The translations under genes were made by a program, and so were the position numbers. DNA of 64,000 nucleotides from a virus (taxonomy: Duplodnaviria; Heunggongvirae; Uroviricota; Caudoviricetes), in the IMG/VR virus record IMGVR_UViG_3300035696_000002. One strand, 5' to 3'. Positions 48,805-58,834 of the stretch are shown here, one piece after another. The stretch's first letter is position 1. Every line of letters starts with the position of its first letter. The notes under the pieces are model-generated. The model had not been told where the DNA came from, did not search any database, and saw only the letters and a list, made by a program, of their open reading frames with translations.

Positions 48805-49224
48805 TTATTCGCTGGGGGGTTGCTGTTCGGTCGGGGGATGGTTGGAGCACACGCCCTGTGCACACAGGTCGCAATACTCCGGTTCCGGCTCCCATGCCCG
48901 GTCGAACAAGTCCTGATCGCGGACGCCGGGGCACAACATGAGGTCGATCATGTTCCGTCCGTGAAGCTTAATCCCGGCTTTAGCCATGGCAGGCTTAAAG
49001 CAGCGGTCACAAATAACCGCCACGTACACGTCGCCATCCATGGACTCGCCCTTTTCGTCCTGAGACGAGTAGCCCCAAGTTGTTTTGATGGTCATGAAAT
49101 CGCGGTCAAACGAGTACTTCCCGTCCACCCATGGTTCGGCTTTCATGACATAGTCACAGACATCGCAGGTCACGCCTGTCACGATATCCACGTTGATCGG
49201 TCGCTGTTCAAGTTTCAAGCCCAT
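48805..49224 (-). CDS. hypothetical Zn-binding protein
   Basis: CDVC, CDRC and CDLC motifs; GGAGG RBS. Confidence 0.6.
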   Translation of the reverse strand: MGLKLEQRPINVDIVTGVTCDVCDYVMKAEPWVDGKYSFDRDFMTIKTTWGYSSQDEKGESMDGDVYVAVICDRCFKPAMAKAGIKLHGRNMIDLMLCPGVRDQDLFDRAWEPEPEYCDLCAQGVCSNHPPTEQQPPSE

Positions 49225-49227
49225 ACT

Positions 49228-49509
49228 TTACGCTGCCTCCGCTACGCTCCAATACTGCACCATGACGGACATCACGCACAGGTTCTCTGGGAGCCCGAAC
49301 GTGCCGCCCTTAGTCATGTAAGAAATTGTGGCCAGAACATGCCGCCCTGTATAGCGTTGCGTATCAGGATTCCATTCCCTGAGTAGCAATTCGTCGCCTT
49401 CCTGATAGTTGCGGTCATTCACGCGAACTTCGTGCTTCTTGAAGCCGGAGAGGGTTGCTGAGAACTGCTTTGGCCAAGTCTTCAACTCGTGACGGGTCAC
49501 GGTTACCAT
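49228..49509 (-). CDS. DUF3850 / ASCH-like domain protein
   Basis: HELKTWP..F..KKHEVRVNDRNYQEGDELLLREW. Confidence 0.85.
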   Translation of the reverse strand: MVTVTRHELKTWPKQFSATLSGFKKHEVRVNDRNYQEGDELLLREWNPDTQRYTGRHVLATISYMTKGGTFGLPENLCVMSVMVQYWSVAEAA

Positions 49510-49563
49510 TGTAACACAAAACCCCGGCTGGTTGGCCGGGGCTTGTTAGGGAGGGCGGGGGAG

Positions 49564-50310
49564 TTATTTGTTGCCGTCGAACAACTTACCGCACGCCGCA
49601 TGCATCTGTTCACACTTGTCGTCCAACAAGGGGTTCATCTGGCACGCCGGGGGAATCTTCGCAAAGCAAGCATCGTTCTCACCCTTTAGCTTTGCCAGTA
49701 GGGCTTGCAGCCGGGCGATCTCCGCTTCGTTGGCGTCCCATTCGGCCTTGAGGTCGGTCTCTGCCTGTTTCCACGTAGCAAGGTCTTTCTGGAGTCCCGC
49801 TTGGATGGTGTCAAGTTGGGAAGCCGTCGTGTCAAGGTATTGGGCTGTGGATTGCAATTGCTGAGCCTGTGCGTCCAACGGAGCGTAAGCCTGTTGAAGC
49901 TGAGCCCGGTTATTGTCTAGCTGATTTTTCTCAGCCGTGTACCAAGCACATTTACCGTCACAGGAGCCGTTCGTACAGACCTCGGTGCACTGATTGGCGT
50001 TGTGCTGAGCCAATCGCTGCTTATAGTTGTCCAAAGCTGGTTGGAGCAGTTCGTACTGGCGTTTAACTTCGGTGTTTTTGGCGTTGTACTCCGCCAGATC
50101 ATCCTTATACTTCGCGGATTGCTTCACCCATGCATCGTAAACGAACTTGATGTCGGAAGCCTTGGCGTCCTGCTTGTCGGAACGGGCGGCGATGTCTGCA
50201 CGCTTGGTAATGTGGTCGTTGAGTTGCTGTTGAATGGCGTCCATCGAATCGTCTGCCCAACAAATTGTGGCCAGAGCGGCAAACAAAAATGCTATCAGGA
50301 TGCGTTTCAT
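49564..50310 (-). CDS. secreted coiled-coil protein with Cys clusters
   Basis: Signal peptide MKRILIAFLFAALATICWA; long heptad helix; hairpin plus U-tract downstream at ~49515-49543. Confidence 0.7.
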   Translation of the reverse strand: MKRILIAFLFAALATICWADDSMDAIQQQLNDHITKRADIAARSDKQDAKASDIKFVYDAWVKQSAKYKDDLAEYNAKNTEVKRQYELLQPALDNYKQRLAQHNANQCTEVCTNGSCDGKCAWYTAEKNQLDNNRAQLQQAYAPLDAQAQQLQSTAQYLDTTASQLDTIQAGLQKDLATWKQAETDLKAEWDANEAEIARLQALLAKLKGENDACFAKIPPACQMNPLLDDKCEQMHAACGKLFDGNK

Positions 50311-50351
50311 TAAATCCCCCAAAAAGTTGGGGAGGTTGCCCTCCCCTGATT

Positions 50352-50537
50352 TTACCGCGTTCGCCAGATCGGTTTTGTTGGCGTGCCGAGGACTTCTCGG
50401 CGTTCACGATCAAACTGCGTACATTGTTTGCAGAGACGGATGATTTTGCCATCTTTGAACGTGAAGCCAATCAGGCCGACGTGGCGACACTTCCTTGGTT
50501 CTATGGTGATCTTCTTTGCTACCGCTGCGGTTGCCAT
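50352..50537 (-). CDS. small Zn-binding hypothetical protein
   Basis: ATG 50537 with GGAGG RBS; CRH..CKQC. Confidence 0.55.
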   Translation of the reverse strand: MATAAVAKKITIEPRKCRHVGLIGFTFKDGKIIRLCKQCTQFDRERREVLGTPTKPIWRTR

Positions 50538-50568
50538 GGCAATATCCTCCCGTTTATTAGATGCGAAA

Positions 50569-51975
50569 CTAACTCTGCGGAGCCAAAATGATCTCCACCG
50601 TGCGGGCATCACCAGTACCCGTTTCGGTCTTGATCTGGCTGGCTTTAACCCCTTCGGTCTCAAGCTGCTTTTGAACGCGATACGCACGGGAGACCGCCGT
50701 CACAGGCGATTCCGATGGATTGCGATTCCCACGCAGTATGATGACGCTACCGGGATTCCGCTTGAGTGCCTTAACCGCCGCCGACAACATTTCCTTGCAG
50801 ACTGACGTGGGGCGAGTAGGGTCTACGATGACGGCATCACTGCCGGGAGTTTGGCACTGGGTCTTACTGGCAAACGTGCAAACGCCGATCAACTGCTCAA
50901 CAACTGGAGTCACGGGCACCGCCACTTGCGGAGCCGCAACCGGATTAGCGGCAGTCTGGACAGGCACCACGATAATCGTGGGCTGCTTCTCTTCAACCGG
51001 AGGAAGCGGCGGAGCCGCAACCGGGGCTGGCTGAGCATCCACGGTCATGCAATCTTCGAACGTGACGCCAGCCTTCTTGCTGCGTTTCTGGGTCACGAGC
51101 ATCTTGCAGGCCGCGACACGGCTGTGGAGCAATTCCGCGTAGTAGCGGGCGTACTCACGAGCGTCGCAACCACCGTCGATCTTTCCGCCGCCGCCCGAGA
51201 TGCCAAAGGCTTGCGTCTGAACACCGCCGCCGTAAGTCTTATAGCAAGGGTTGCCGGGGATGATCGAAGTACCGACAGCGGTGTTGACCGGAATGTCAGC
51301 CGCCTTGTAGTTCGTGGTATTCGAGTAGTTGTTCGAGTTGTCGCCATTTCCGTTGGCGGAGGAGGCGTTGTTGTTGGTGGACGAATTGGACTGTTGCTGG
51401 TTCGAACTGCCGCCAGCACCGCCCTGTCCACCTGTGGCCGTGGCATTGCCGCCAGCCCCACCCGCACCACCCTGTGCGGTGTTGTTATTCGTGTTGGACG
51501 AGTTGCCGGAGTTCTTCACGCCGCTAGTCGAGGACACCGGGCCGATTGTGTTGTTGACACCAACAGTCGAATTGCCGGAGCCGCTAACAGAACCACCAGT
51601 TGCAGTGGACGTAGACTTGGAACTGCCGCCAGTGGCCGAGGCACTGCCGCCGTTGGCCGTCTGGTTTTGTCCCTGCTGTTGCCCCTGCTGCTGTCCCTGA
51701 TTCTGATTGGACGACGCAGAAGAATTGGACGAAGAATTCGATGACGAAGTCGCTGTCGATGACGAAGAATTGCTGCTCGGATTGGACGGCGGAGTGGGGT
51801 TTTGGCACTGGAACGTTTGACCGTTCTCCGTGACTACCGCACCGATGCCGGATGATGCCGTGCCCTTGGTTCCCGATGGAACCGAAACCCAGTTCCCCGA
51901 ACACGGGGGCCATGCGAATGCCGCACTGGACATCAAACAGATTACAGCGATTAAGGCCAGATTCTTGATTTTCAT
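50569..51975 (-). CDS. secreted Ser/Gly/Asn-rich protein with a C-terminal OmpA-like domain
   Basis: Signal peptide from ATG 51975; low-complexity stalk; LKRNPGSVIILRGN..VSRAYRVQKQLETEGVKASQI..ARTVEI resembles OmpA_C. Confidence 0.65.
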   Translation of the reverse strand: MKIKNLALIAVICLMSSAAFAWPPCSGNWVSVPSGTKGTASSGIGAVVTENGQTFQCQNPTPPSNPSSNSSSSTATSSSNSSSNSSASSNQNQGQQQGQQQGQNQTANGGSASATGGSSKSTSTATGGSVSGSGNSTVGVNNTIGPVSSTSGVKNSGNSSNTNNNTAQGGAGGAGGNATATGGQGGAGGSSNQQQSNSSTNNNASSANGNGDNSNNYSNTTNYKAADIPVNTAVGTSIIPGNPCYKTYGGGVQTQAFGISGGGGKIDGGCDAREYARYYAELLHSRVAACKMLVTQKRSKKAGVTFEDCMTVDAQPAPVAAPPLPPVEEKQPTIIVVPVQTAANPVAAPQVAVPVTPVVEQLIGVCTFASKTQCQTPGSDAVIVDPTRPTSVCKEMLSAAVKALKRNPGSVIILRGNRNPSESPVTAVSRAYRVQKQLETEGVKASQIKTETGTGDARTVEIILAPQS

Positions 51976-52098
51976 TTTCCTTTTCCTTGGTGGTCGATAT
52001 GGATTTATGAGTTTCACCATGTCAATAGTATCAAACTCACGAAGGTAATTACAACACAATAACGAAAGATTGGACATGGCACCGAAGTGCCATTGACC

Positions 52099-52344
52099 TC
52101 AACCCTTGAGTTTTATCGCCTGAATGCGTTGCCCGTGTTCGATCCAACTGACGGGTCGAGCCTTGGGCTCGTCGTTGTGATTCTCGTCGAACGCACGTCC
52201 GGTACAGAACGTCATGAAATTGTGGACATGAAACCACCTTTTCTTGAGCCCGCACCATCGAATTTGCTTACCGCATTCGCACACTGCTCGCTGATCGTCC
52301 ACCGGAACAGAACTTTCCCTCATCAGCACTGCTGCTGTTTCCAC
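52099..52344 (-). CDS. small Zn-binding hypothetical protein
   Basis: GTG with GGGAGG RBS; CECG..H..C. Confidence 0.5.
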   Translation of the reverse strand: METAAVLMRESSVPVDDQRAVCECGKQIRWCGLKKRWFHVHNFMTFCTGRAFDENHNDEPKARPVSWIEHGQRIQAIKLKG

Positions 52345-52367
52345 GTCTTGCCTCCCTCGGTTGTTAG

Positions 52368-53411
52368 TTAAAAGTTGTCAATCAAGTATTGTCGTAGCAA
52401 CGTCAGGCGGAACTGCATATCCTGAATGTCTACCTGTAAAACGAGTCGATCTGCCTGCAATTGGTTTTTGAATGTAAGTGCGGCGGCAGTATCCACACCA
52501 TTCAATGACTGTAAAGTCTGGTCGATGTCTGCATCATGGGCTAACAAAACCTTCAACTGTTCTTCATCAATCTGGACTGTCTCAGTGATTTCCTTTTGAA
52601 GAATGTTCGCCTGCACTGTCACGTCAATGCCCTGCGTTTCCTTCCATTGCGTGTAAGCCTGCACTGAGGCATCAATGTGCTTATCCGCACGCCTGCTCCC
52701 CAAGTTGTAGGAGAGCCCAATGGAGCCATAAGTCGCAGGGGGCAAGCCGGGATTAACCTGTGAATAAGCCCCTACGGCGAGGCTCACATCCCAGTCATTC
52801 TGTTTCGCCAGCCGGGCGAGGCTCTTTTGAGCCGCAACTTCGCTGCCCATCTTCTCCTGAATCAATTCTCGCAGGGGGGTTGAACTGAGCGGCGGCACAT
52901 AAGGGGTAGTAATCCCCGTCAGTGTAGTTGCACGACTTGAGTCCAGCCGGAGTTTCGCGGCTTGCAAAGAGTAGACCGACTGTCGGGAAAGGTTTTGAAC
53001 CTCAACCAGTTTCATATTCTCGGCGATCATCACGTCCAGTTTATCTGAGGTATCCTGAATCAATCGCAGTCTGTTTTTGAGCACCCCCTTTTCAATGGAA
53101 GGCAACGCGAAAAAGATTCGCCTCTGGGCCTCAGTCGTGGACTTGTACAGGTCACAATTCTTGCGGGCCGCGTCGAGGGTCATCCCCGCCTTTCGCTGGT
53201 TGGCAATGCTTGACGTAAACCCCCACGCCAGCGTGGCGGGCTGATTCATGCTCGGCTGCGTTGGCCCAAATACAGCATTCGGTGCCCGGAGCAGGTCGGC
53301 CTGAGCCTTCCCCTGTTCGATGACGTAGGCACAATACGCATCCTGCTCATCAGATGCGTGAGCCAGTAACGCGGCAAACAGAAATGCGAGAATGAATGCA
53401 ATCTTCCTCAT
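52368..53411 (-). CDS. secreted helical protein, putative outer-membrane efflux (TolC-like) component
   Basis: Signal peptide, long helices with short beta segments (WDVSLAVGAY, GSIGLSYNL); last gene of the synthase operon. Confidence 0.45.
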   Translation of the reverse strand: MRKIAFILAFLFAALLAHASDEQDAYCAYVIEQGKAQADLLRAPNAVFGPTQPSMNQPATLAWGFTSSIANQRKAGMTLDAARKNCDLYKSTTEAQRRIFFALPSIEKGVLKNRLRLIQDTSDKLDVMIAENMKLVEVQNLSRQSVYSLQAAKLRLDSSRATTLTGITTPYVPPLSSTPLRELIQEKMGSEVAAQKSLARLAKQNDWDVSLAVGAYSQVNPGLPPATYGSIGLSYNLGSRRADKHIDASVQAYTQWKETQGIDVTVQANILQKEITETVQIDEEQLKVLLAHDADIDQTLQSLNGVDTAAALTFKNQLQADRLVLQVDIQDMQFRLTLLRQYLIDNF

Positions 53412-53419
53412 GCAGCCTC

Positions 53420-54454
53420 CTAAAAGAGCAGCGGTTTATGGTTGAGGAACAGGACAGAGTTCTTCGCTGCTTGAACATCTGTCAGGTTCAGTTGAATCAG
53501 TGTACCGCGAAGCTGGGTGTGGAAAACCGGGTGCATGGTCGTCTCTTCTTCCGAAAACGCCCGTTCAACCGTTCCAACACGATGGCAAATAATCATGCTC
53601 AGATAGCACCCGTAAACCGGGGCTCCCACAACCATATTGGACTGATTCGAGTATGGAACAAAGGCAAACTGCGTGTCGCCCTGAGTAGCCAAATAGTAAG
53701 GGCTGATACTGGCGATTTTAAGGGCTTGTTGCAGAAAGGCGATCTGCTGCTTGTCAGAGACTAGCTGCTCCTCCCCGGTCTCAATTAAAACGTCAAGCTG
53801 AACTTCTTGGCTTTTCAGATCAGCCTGCTTAGAGAGGACATCGAGGAGTTGTGTACCCGTCGTATTTTTCTGGAGGACGCTATCCCGCAGCAAAACCTCT
53901 GCAATTTTACTATCCGTGTGAGACGTTTTGGCCTGATTGATCGCCGTTCTTTGGGTAGCAGCATCCCCTTTCGTGATAAGTCCGGCCTTCAACTCCTGAT
54001 TGATCTGATCTTCAACCTGTTGGACATCATCCAAAATCGCTCGTGTTTTAACGTTGTCGTCTTGCTTTTGAGCATCCAACTGAGCTAACGCCGCACCACT
54101 AACTTCATTGTGAACAGACTCCCGAGAGATAGCGGCTTGCAGTTCTTTGTCGAGCCGCAACAAGGCCGCTTTTTGGGTCTTCATATCGCCGAGGCTGGTG
54201 TCCAATCGGTCTCTATCCAAAGTTAACGTCGCCAAAGATTGTTGGCTGGTAATCAACTTACCAGTCATGTCGAGAATCTTATCGTTGCTCGGGGTCGCAA
54301 TGAACGGCACGACCCACGAACTACTGGCGGCAAAGAAACCTAGATTGAAAACGTAGGAGCCAATGGCCAAAAGCACGCCGTACAAAATAATGGCGGCTGC
54401 AATCTTGTAGCACAACACAAACGACTTGTGCATGTAGCTGTGAAGGGTTCTCAT
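53420..54454 (-). CDS. membrane-fusion (HlyD-like) protein
   Basis: N-terminal TM, long coiled coil, C-terminal beta domain; ATGA-coupled to the synthase. Confidence 0.5.
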   Translation of the reverse strand: MRTLHSYMHKSFVLCYKIAAAIILYGVLLAIGSYVFNLGFFAASSSWVVPFIATPSNDKILDMTGKLITSQQSLATLTLDRDRLDTSLGDMKTQKAALLRLDKELQAAISRESVHNEVSGAALAQLDAQKQDDNVKTRAILDDVQQVEDQINQELKAGLITKGDAATQRTAINQAKTSHTDSKIAEVLLRDSVLQKNTTGTQLLDVLSKQADLKSQEVQLDVLIETGEEQLVSDKQQIAFLQQALKIASISPYYLATQGDTQFAFVPYSNQSNMVVGAPVYGCYLSMIICHRVGTVERAFSEEETTMHPVFHTQLRGTLIQLNLTDVQAAKNSVLFLNHKPLLF

Positions 54455-55674
54455 ACGACTGCTTTCTCCTCTTTCGGTTTCTGGTCACGTGTCACCCAAC
54501 CTGCTTGATCGAGGGTGAACATGGCGAGAATGGTCAGAAAAACGGTGTTCAATGCCCATAGAGTCGCACAAAGGGCCAACTTGATGGGGGTTTTAATTGC
54601 GTGTTCGGGGTCGTATTTGTTCAAAAAGAACGCAGCGATCACAGCCGATAAAAAGAAACTCACCAACCCCACAATGCTGACTTCTAGTAATTCTCCCGAC
54701 ATAGCAGCGTAGAATCCGGCGATTAAAGGGATGAAGGTCGCCAACGGCTGAATAAGATACCCATAGATAGCTCCGGGGTGCAAATCCAAATGCCTATGCA
54801 ATGTCCGCACCGTGAAAAAGAAATCCCGCAACCCGGTTCGACGCCAGCGAAGTTGCTGTTTGAAATACTCCGTGAATGTCGCGGGGGCGGCTGTCCAGCA
54901 TTTCGCAGCCGGGTTTGTGTAAGTCCCCCACCCTTTCAAAATAACGCGATGCGTAATAAACCGATCCTCACCATCGTGGACAGGGATACCAAACCAATGC
55001 CGTTCCTCCAGTTCCTTTTGAATTTCCACAAGAAGGTGTCGGCGAATTGTGAGCATAGCACCTGAACAGCAAGCCACTGTCCGCATGAAACTCTGAGCCG
55101 TTTTGGTGAGTTCAAACACGATGAAATACGTGTAGGCCTGAAAAGCGGCGATCAGACTTTGATTTTGGTTTCGGACTCGAACAGACCCGGCTGCCGCACC
55201 AATGGTGGGGTCGCTCAAACAAACCACCAGTTCTTTGACCGTATCAGCATCAAACAGCGTGTCAGAATCCGTGAGCAAAATGACATCCCCAACGGAGCGT
55301 CGAAACCCATACATGGTCGCACCATCTTTACCACCGCTATTGACCGGGGTTTGATGTGCGAACACGTTCGGAAAATCAGCCGCCGCCTTTTTGATCCAGA
55401 CATAGCTGTCATCACGTGAACAATCATCGACAGCAATAACCTCCAGCTTTTCAGCCGGGTAATCACTGTGAACAACACTCTCAATCGTATCGTAGACCAC
55501 CCGGCCCTCATTGAAACAGGGAATGATGACACTCACCGTGGGCTGGTACGAGTAGTCTTTCTCAAGCTGCCAGAGATCGGGATGAAACCAGCGGAGAATG
55601 CCGGAATACACCCGATCCATGACTATGGTGAGAAGGACGATTGACGCACAGACAGCTACGAGTCCATCCAACAT
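54451..55674 (-). CDS. processive GT2 polysaccharide synthase (hyaluronan synthase/NodC-like)
   Basis: VDDCSRD, GGK, TDSD, CCSG, GEDRFIT, QQLRWRR, with N- and C-terminal TMs. Confidence 0.9.
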   Translation of the reverse strand: MLDGLVAVCASIVLLTIVMDRVYSGILRWFHPDLWQLEKDYSYQPTVSVIIPCFNEGRVVYDTIESVVHSDYPAEKLEVIAVDDCSRDDSYVWIKKAAADFPNVFAHQTPVNSGGKDGATMYGFRRSVGDVILLTDSDTLFDADTVKELVVCLSDPTIGAAAGSVRVRNQNQSLIAAFQAYTYFIVFELTKTAQSFMRTVACCSGAMLTIRRHLLVEIQKELEERHWFGIPVHDGEDRFITHRVILKGWGTYTNPAAKCWTAAPATFTEYFKQQLRWRRTGLRDFFFTVRTLHRHLDLHPGAIYGYLIQPLATFIPLIAGFYAAMSGELLEVSIVGLVSFFLSAVIAAFFLNKYDPEHAIKTPIKLALCATLWALNTVFLTILAMFTLDQAGWVTRDQKPKEEKAVV

Positions 55675-56423
55675 TAGTTGGCCCCCAAGGGAGTGAACGT
55701 TACATTCTTGACAAAGATGTAACGCGGCGTCTTAAAAGTGGCCGTTCCGCCCCAACGGCGATTGTTGCCCCAATGGTCGATGCAGATAAACGCGGGGGCC
55801 GATGGGACGTTTTTGGTATGAACCCCAACGAACTTCCCGTCGATATAAAATTCGATGCTGCCCGGTTTCCAGACGTACTCGAACCGATGAAAACCATCAC
55901 TCAGGTTGGCAACTTTGGTTTGTTGATTGAAGACGGGGCTCTTTTTCTGCGAACGGTTCGCCCAACTCGTGACATACGTGTTTCCCGGCTCACTGCCAAG
56001 AAACTCGAAATCAATTTCAGTCTGAGAATTGTTGTAGTAGCTAAACAGGCCAGTCACGCCGCCTGAGACCGAGGAGCCGGGGCCGTTGGGTGTGCTAGAT
56101 GTAGTCCCGATTCGGACAGTAAACCCATATTTACCGAAACCGAAACGACGAATGGAGCGAATTTCTCCACCAGTCGAAACGATCTGCCCCTGTTTTGGAT
56201 TCGTTTGCACGAGGGCGATCCGCAACATGCCCTGAGAAAAATCTACGTTGGCGGGATCGTACAAACTTGTGAGGTTTCCGACCGTACCCGGCCCATAGCC
56301 TTTCGAGATCGTCCACTTATCTGTGTCAAGTTTGCCAGCAGAAAAATCATCGCTGAAGGTGGGAGATTGGGCGACAGCAAAAGTCGCCAAAAACAATACG
56401 AGCAAACTGACAGTAAACCGCAT
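55674..56423 (-). CDS. secreted GH16 glycoside hydrolase
   Basis: Signal peptide; EIDFEFLG catalytic motif; FHRFEYVWKPGSIEFYIDG. Confidence 0.9.
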   Translation of the reverse strand: MRFTVSLLVLFLATFAVAQSPTFSDDFSAGKLDTDKWTISKGYGPGTVGNLTSLYDPANVDFSQGMLRIALVQTNPKQGQIVSTGGEIRSIRRFGFGKYGFTVRIGTTSSTPNGPGSSVSGGVTGLFSYYNNSQTEIDFEFLGSEPGNTYVTSWANRSQKKSPVFNQQTKVANLSDGFHRFEYVWKPGSIEFYIDGKFVGVHTKNVPSAPAFICIDHWGNNRRWGGTATFKTPRYIFVKNVTFTPLGAN

Positions 56424-56502
56424 ACTTCCTCCGGGGAACCTAGTGTCGCCCTCGGGGAGGGCTGATTAAAAATATACTAGGTCTCGGGGAAAACTGCAAG
56501 TC

Positions 56503-57231
56503 TTAATGCCAGTAGCCTTGATCTTTGTAGAAATACTCAGGGTTGCCGCCCATGAAGATCGTTTTGATGAAGAGCCAGACCATCTTGGGGCCGTGCATCT
56601 TGGTCTTCTTAAAGCGACGGTTGGTCGTCGCGACGCCGCCGCCAACAACGGCGAACTGCTTCCGGGGAACCTTCTTGCTGAGCATATAGTCTTCAGCATA
56701 AAGGGCTTTTTCGTCGAAACCACCCAGCCGCCAGAAAGCGTCCCGGTTCCAGAGCATGAACATTCCGGTCGCGAAACTCATCCCAAACCAGCCGGAGGCA
56801 CGCTGACAAAGATTGGCACAACGGTAGATCATGCGATCCGAGGCCGACCCGGTCGGGCAGTACAGATCGGTGGTCACGAGCGTCCGGTTGTGGGCTCGGG
56901 CCTCCATGACCGCGTCTTCAATCACGTAGGGCGAATGCAGGATGATGTCGGCGTCCATGAACAGGACAAACCGGGTAGTGGCGACCTGTGCCCCACGGTT
57001 CCGGCCTACAGCCGGAAGCCCGCCCGGCACCACAGTCAGATCGTACTTGTAGGCCTTCGATAGGGCCTTCGCCTTGCCCACGGTCAAATCCCATGAGTCG
57101 GCATCAGCGAGAATGATTTTCGGAAATCCGTGGTTCTTGACGTAGCTTTGCTGCCAGATGGAAGTGAGGAGTCTGCCAATCAACCGCTCTTCATTTTTAG
57201 CTGGGATCACTATGGTGAGTTCTGAGTTCAT
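56503..57231 (-). CDS. GT2 glycosyltransferase
   Basis: IVIPAKNEE, GRNRGA, FMDAD, GGFDE..AED. Confidence 0.9.
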   Translation of the reverse strand: MNSELTIVIPAKNEERLIGRLLTSIWQQSYVKNHGFPKIILADADSWDLTVGKAKALSKAYKYDLTVVPGGLPAVGRNRGAQVATTRFVLFMDADIILHSPYVIEDAVMEARAHNRTLVTTDLYCPTGSASDRMIYRCANLCQRASGWFGMSFATGMFMLWNRDAFWRLGGFDEKALYAEDYMLSKKVPRKQFAVVGGGVATTNRRFKKTKMHGPKMVWLFIKTIFMGGNPEYFYKDQGYWH

Positions 57232-57910
57232 GCAGTTCTACTCCCTCTTCGCCTAAGGTCACATACGTGGAGACATCCCCAGTCCAGTGTCCGGTATTCC
57301 AATACCCTACTCCATCTCGGATTTCATGGCAAGCATGATGTGTGTGCCCACAAAAAATAAATTGGGCCTCTTCACGTCGGGCTTTTGCAAATGCTCCCTC
57401 CATGACTTTGGTATCGAGTCTTTCCCAATGCGTGTGCAAACGGTCGAGGAGCCGGGGCAGCCAATTCTGCACGGTTTTGAAATGCTGGAGCCAGAGATAG
57501 AATTTCGTGAAGACTGCACCGATCATCGGCGTGCCGCCAGCCCACAGACTATCGTACTGGTGCCCGTGGATTGCGAAACATTTGTGCCCGGCCCACGCCC
57601 ACTCGTACTGCTGATAGACTTTGACGCCCAACAGGTGCTCCATGACCTCGGTGATTCCAGCATCGTGGTTGCCCTCAACCCACACGACTTCAACGCCACG
57701 TTTTGGATTGGACAGCGTGCGAATGTAGCTGATGAGTTTCCACTGTTCTTTCGTGAGACGGGAAAAATTCAAGTCGGCAAAAATGTCGCCGAGAAGAATG
57801 AGCCGCTTGAATTGCGTGTTTTTTAAGAGCGTGAGGAGGTCTTTGGCTCTCGCGATTTTCGAGCCAAGGTGGATGTCGCTGACGATGAGTGAGTCGTAGG
57901 GCATCATCAC
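57197..57910 (-). CDS. LpxH-like metallophosphoesterase
   Basis: SDIHLG, GDIF, GNHD, HGH, GHTH, NTGHW. Confidence 0.85.
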   Translation of the reverse strand: MMMPYDSLIVSDIHLGSKIARAKDLLTLLKNTQFKRLILLGDIFADLNFSRLTKEQWKLISYIRTLSNPKRGVEVVWVEGNHDAGITEVMEHLLGVKVYQQYEWAWAGHKCFAIHGHQYDSLWAGGTPMIGAVFTKFYLWLQHFKTVQNWLPRLLDRLHTHWERLDTKVMEGAFAKARREEAQFIFCGHTHHACHEIRDGVGYWNTGHWTGDVSTYVTLGEEGVELHELRTHHSDPS

Positions 57911-57965
57911 TTATGGTACACGTAGGCACATTACAGTCAGGTTAAAATTTCGTCCCCAAAAGCCA

Positions 57966-57986
57966 GACTATCCGCCTCATTACCAG
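57966..57986 (+). promoter_or_regulatory. putative late promoter motif
   Basis: GACTATCCGCCTCATTACCAG; shares CCAGACTATCCG with the copy at 6088-6099. Confidence 0.65.
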
Positions 57987-57999
57987 AGGTGCATTACTC

Positions 58000-58776
58000 A
58001 TGGCTGACTCGCTGCACAACCCCATCAAGGACAGGTCAAGACTGATGACAGACAGATCACAATACAAATTAGGGAAAAAGGATTTCAAGTTCGATTCCCG
58101 AACGCTGAAACTGAGGGACTATCTTGTTCCAACGTTGCCAGCACCACCTGCGTCGATCAACTGGGCACCAAACGTGACCTCTTGGCCGATGCTCATGAAT
58201 GACACGCTCGGCGACTGCACGATTGCTGCCGCCCTGCATGCGGTTCAAGTGTGGATGCTCAGCCAAGGCAAGACGTACACGCCCACTGATGCGATTGCTC
58301 TTGAGTACTACGAGAAATGGGACGGCTATGTCAATGGCGACCCCAACACCGATAACGGCGGAGATGAAACCACCGTTCTCACGAGGTGGAAGGCACACAA
58401 CCTCAACACCCACGTGTTGAGAGGCTGGGTCGATCCGCAGCCGGGCAACCAGACGCACATCATGCAGTCCATCGCCTACTTCGGCGGCGTGTATATTGGG
58501 CTTCAACTCCCGGTGTCGGCACAGAATCAAACCGAGTGGACTGTGGTTGCAAACGACGGCGGCGTGTGGGGCGGGCATGCAGTTTACTGCTATGCCTACA
58601 ACTCCACTGGGCCGATCTGTGCCACGTGGAACGAAGTGATGCAGATGACTTGGGGCTTCTGGGACAAGTACTGCGACGAAGCACACTGCTTGCTTGGTGC
58701 GGCTTGGGCTCCGGGAGTCAAGGACGTAATCAAGTACAGCCAGTTCGAGGCCGATCTGGCATTGGTCAGCGGCTAA
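58000..58776 (+). CDS. papain-like (C1-type) cysteine peptidase
   Basis: NDTLGDCTIAA (Cys), WGGHAV (His), ATW. Confidence 0.65.
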   Translation: MADSLHNPIKDRSRLMTDRSQYKLGKKDFKFDSRTLKLRDYLVPTLPAPPASINWAPNVTSWPMLMNDTLGDCTIAAALHAVQVWMLSQGKTYTPTDAIALEYYEKWDGYVNGDPNTDNGGDETTVLTRWKAHNLNTHVLRGWVDPQPGNQTHIMQSIAYFGGVYIGLQLPVSAQNQTEWTVVANDGGVWGGHAVYCYAYNSTGPICATWNEVMQMTWGFWDKYCDEAHCLLGAAWAPGVKDVIKYSQFEADLALVSG

Positions 58777-58791
58777 GCGAACCTGAAATAC

Positions 58792-58822
58792 AAAAGGGCA
58801 GCCTCAACGGGCTGCCCTTTTT
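58792..58822. terminator. bidirectional intrinsic terminator
   Basis: AAAAGGGCAGCC-TCAACG-GGCTGCCCTTTTT between convergent genes. Confidence 0.85.
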
Positions 58823-58834
58823 AGTTTGGGAACT

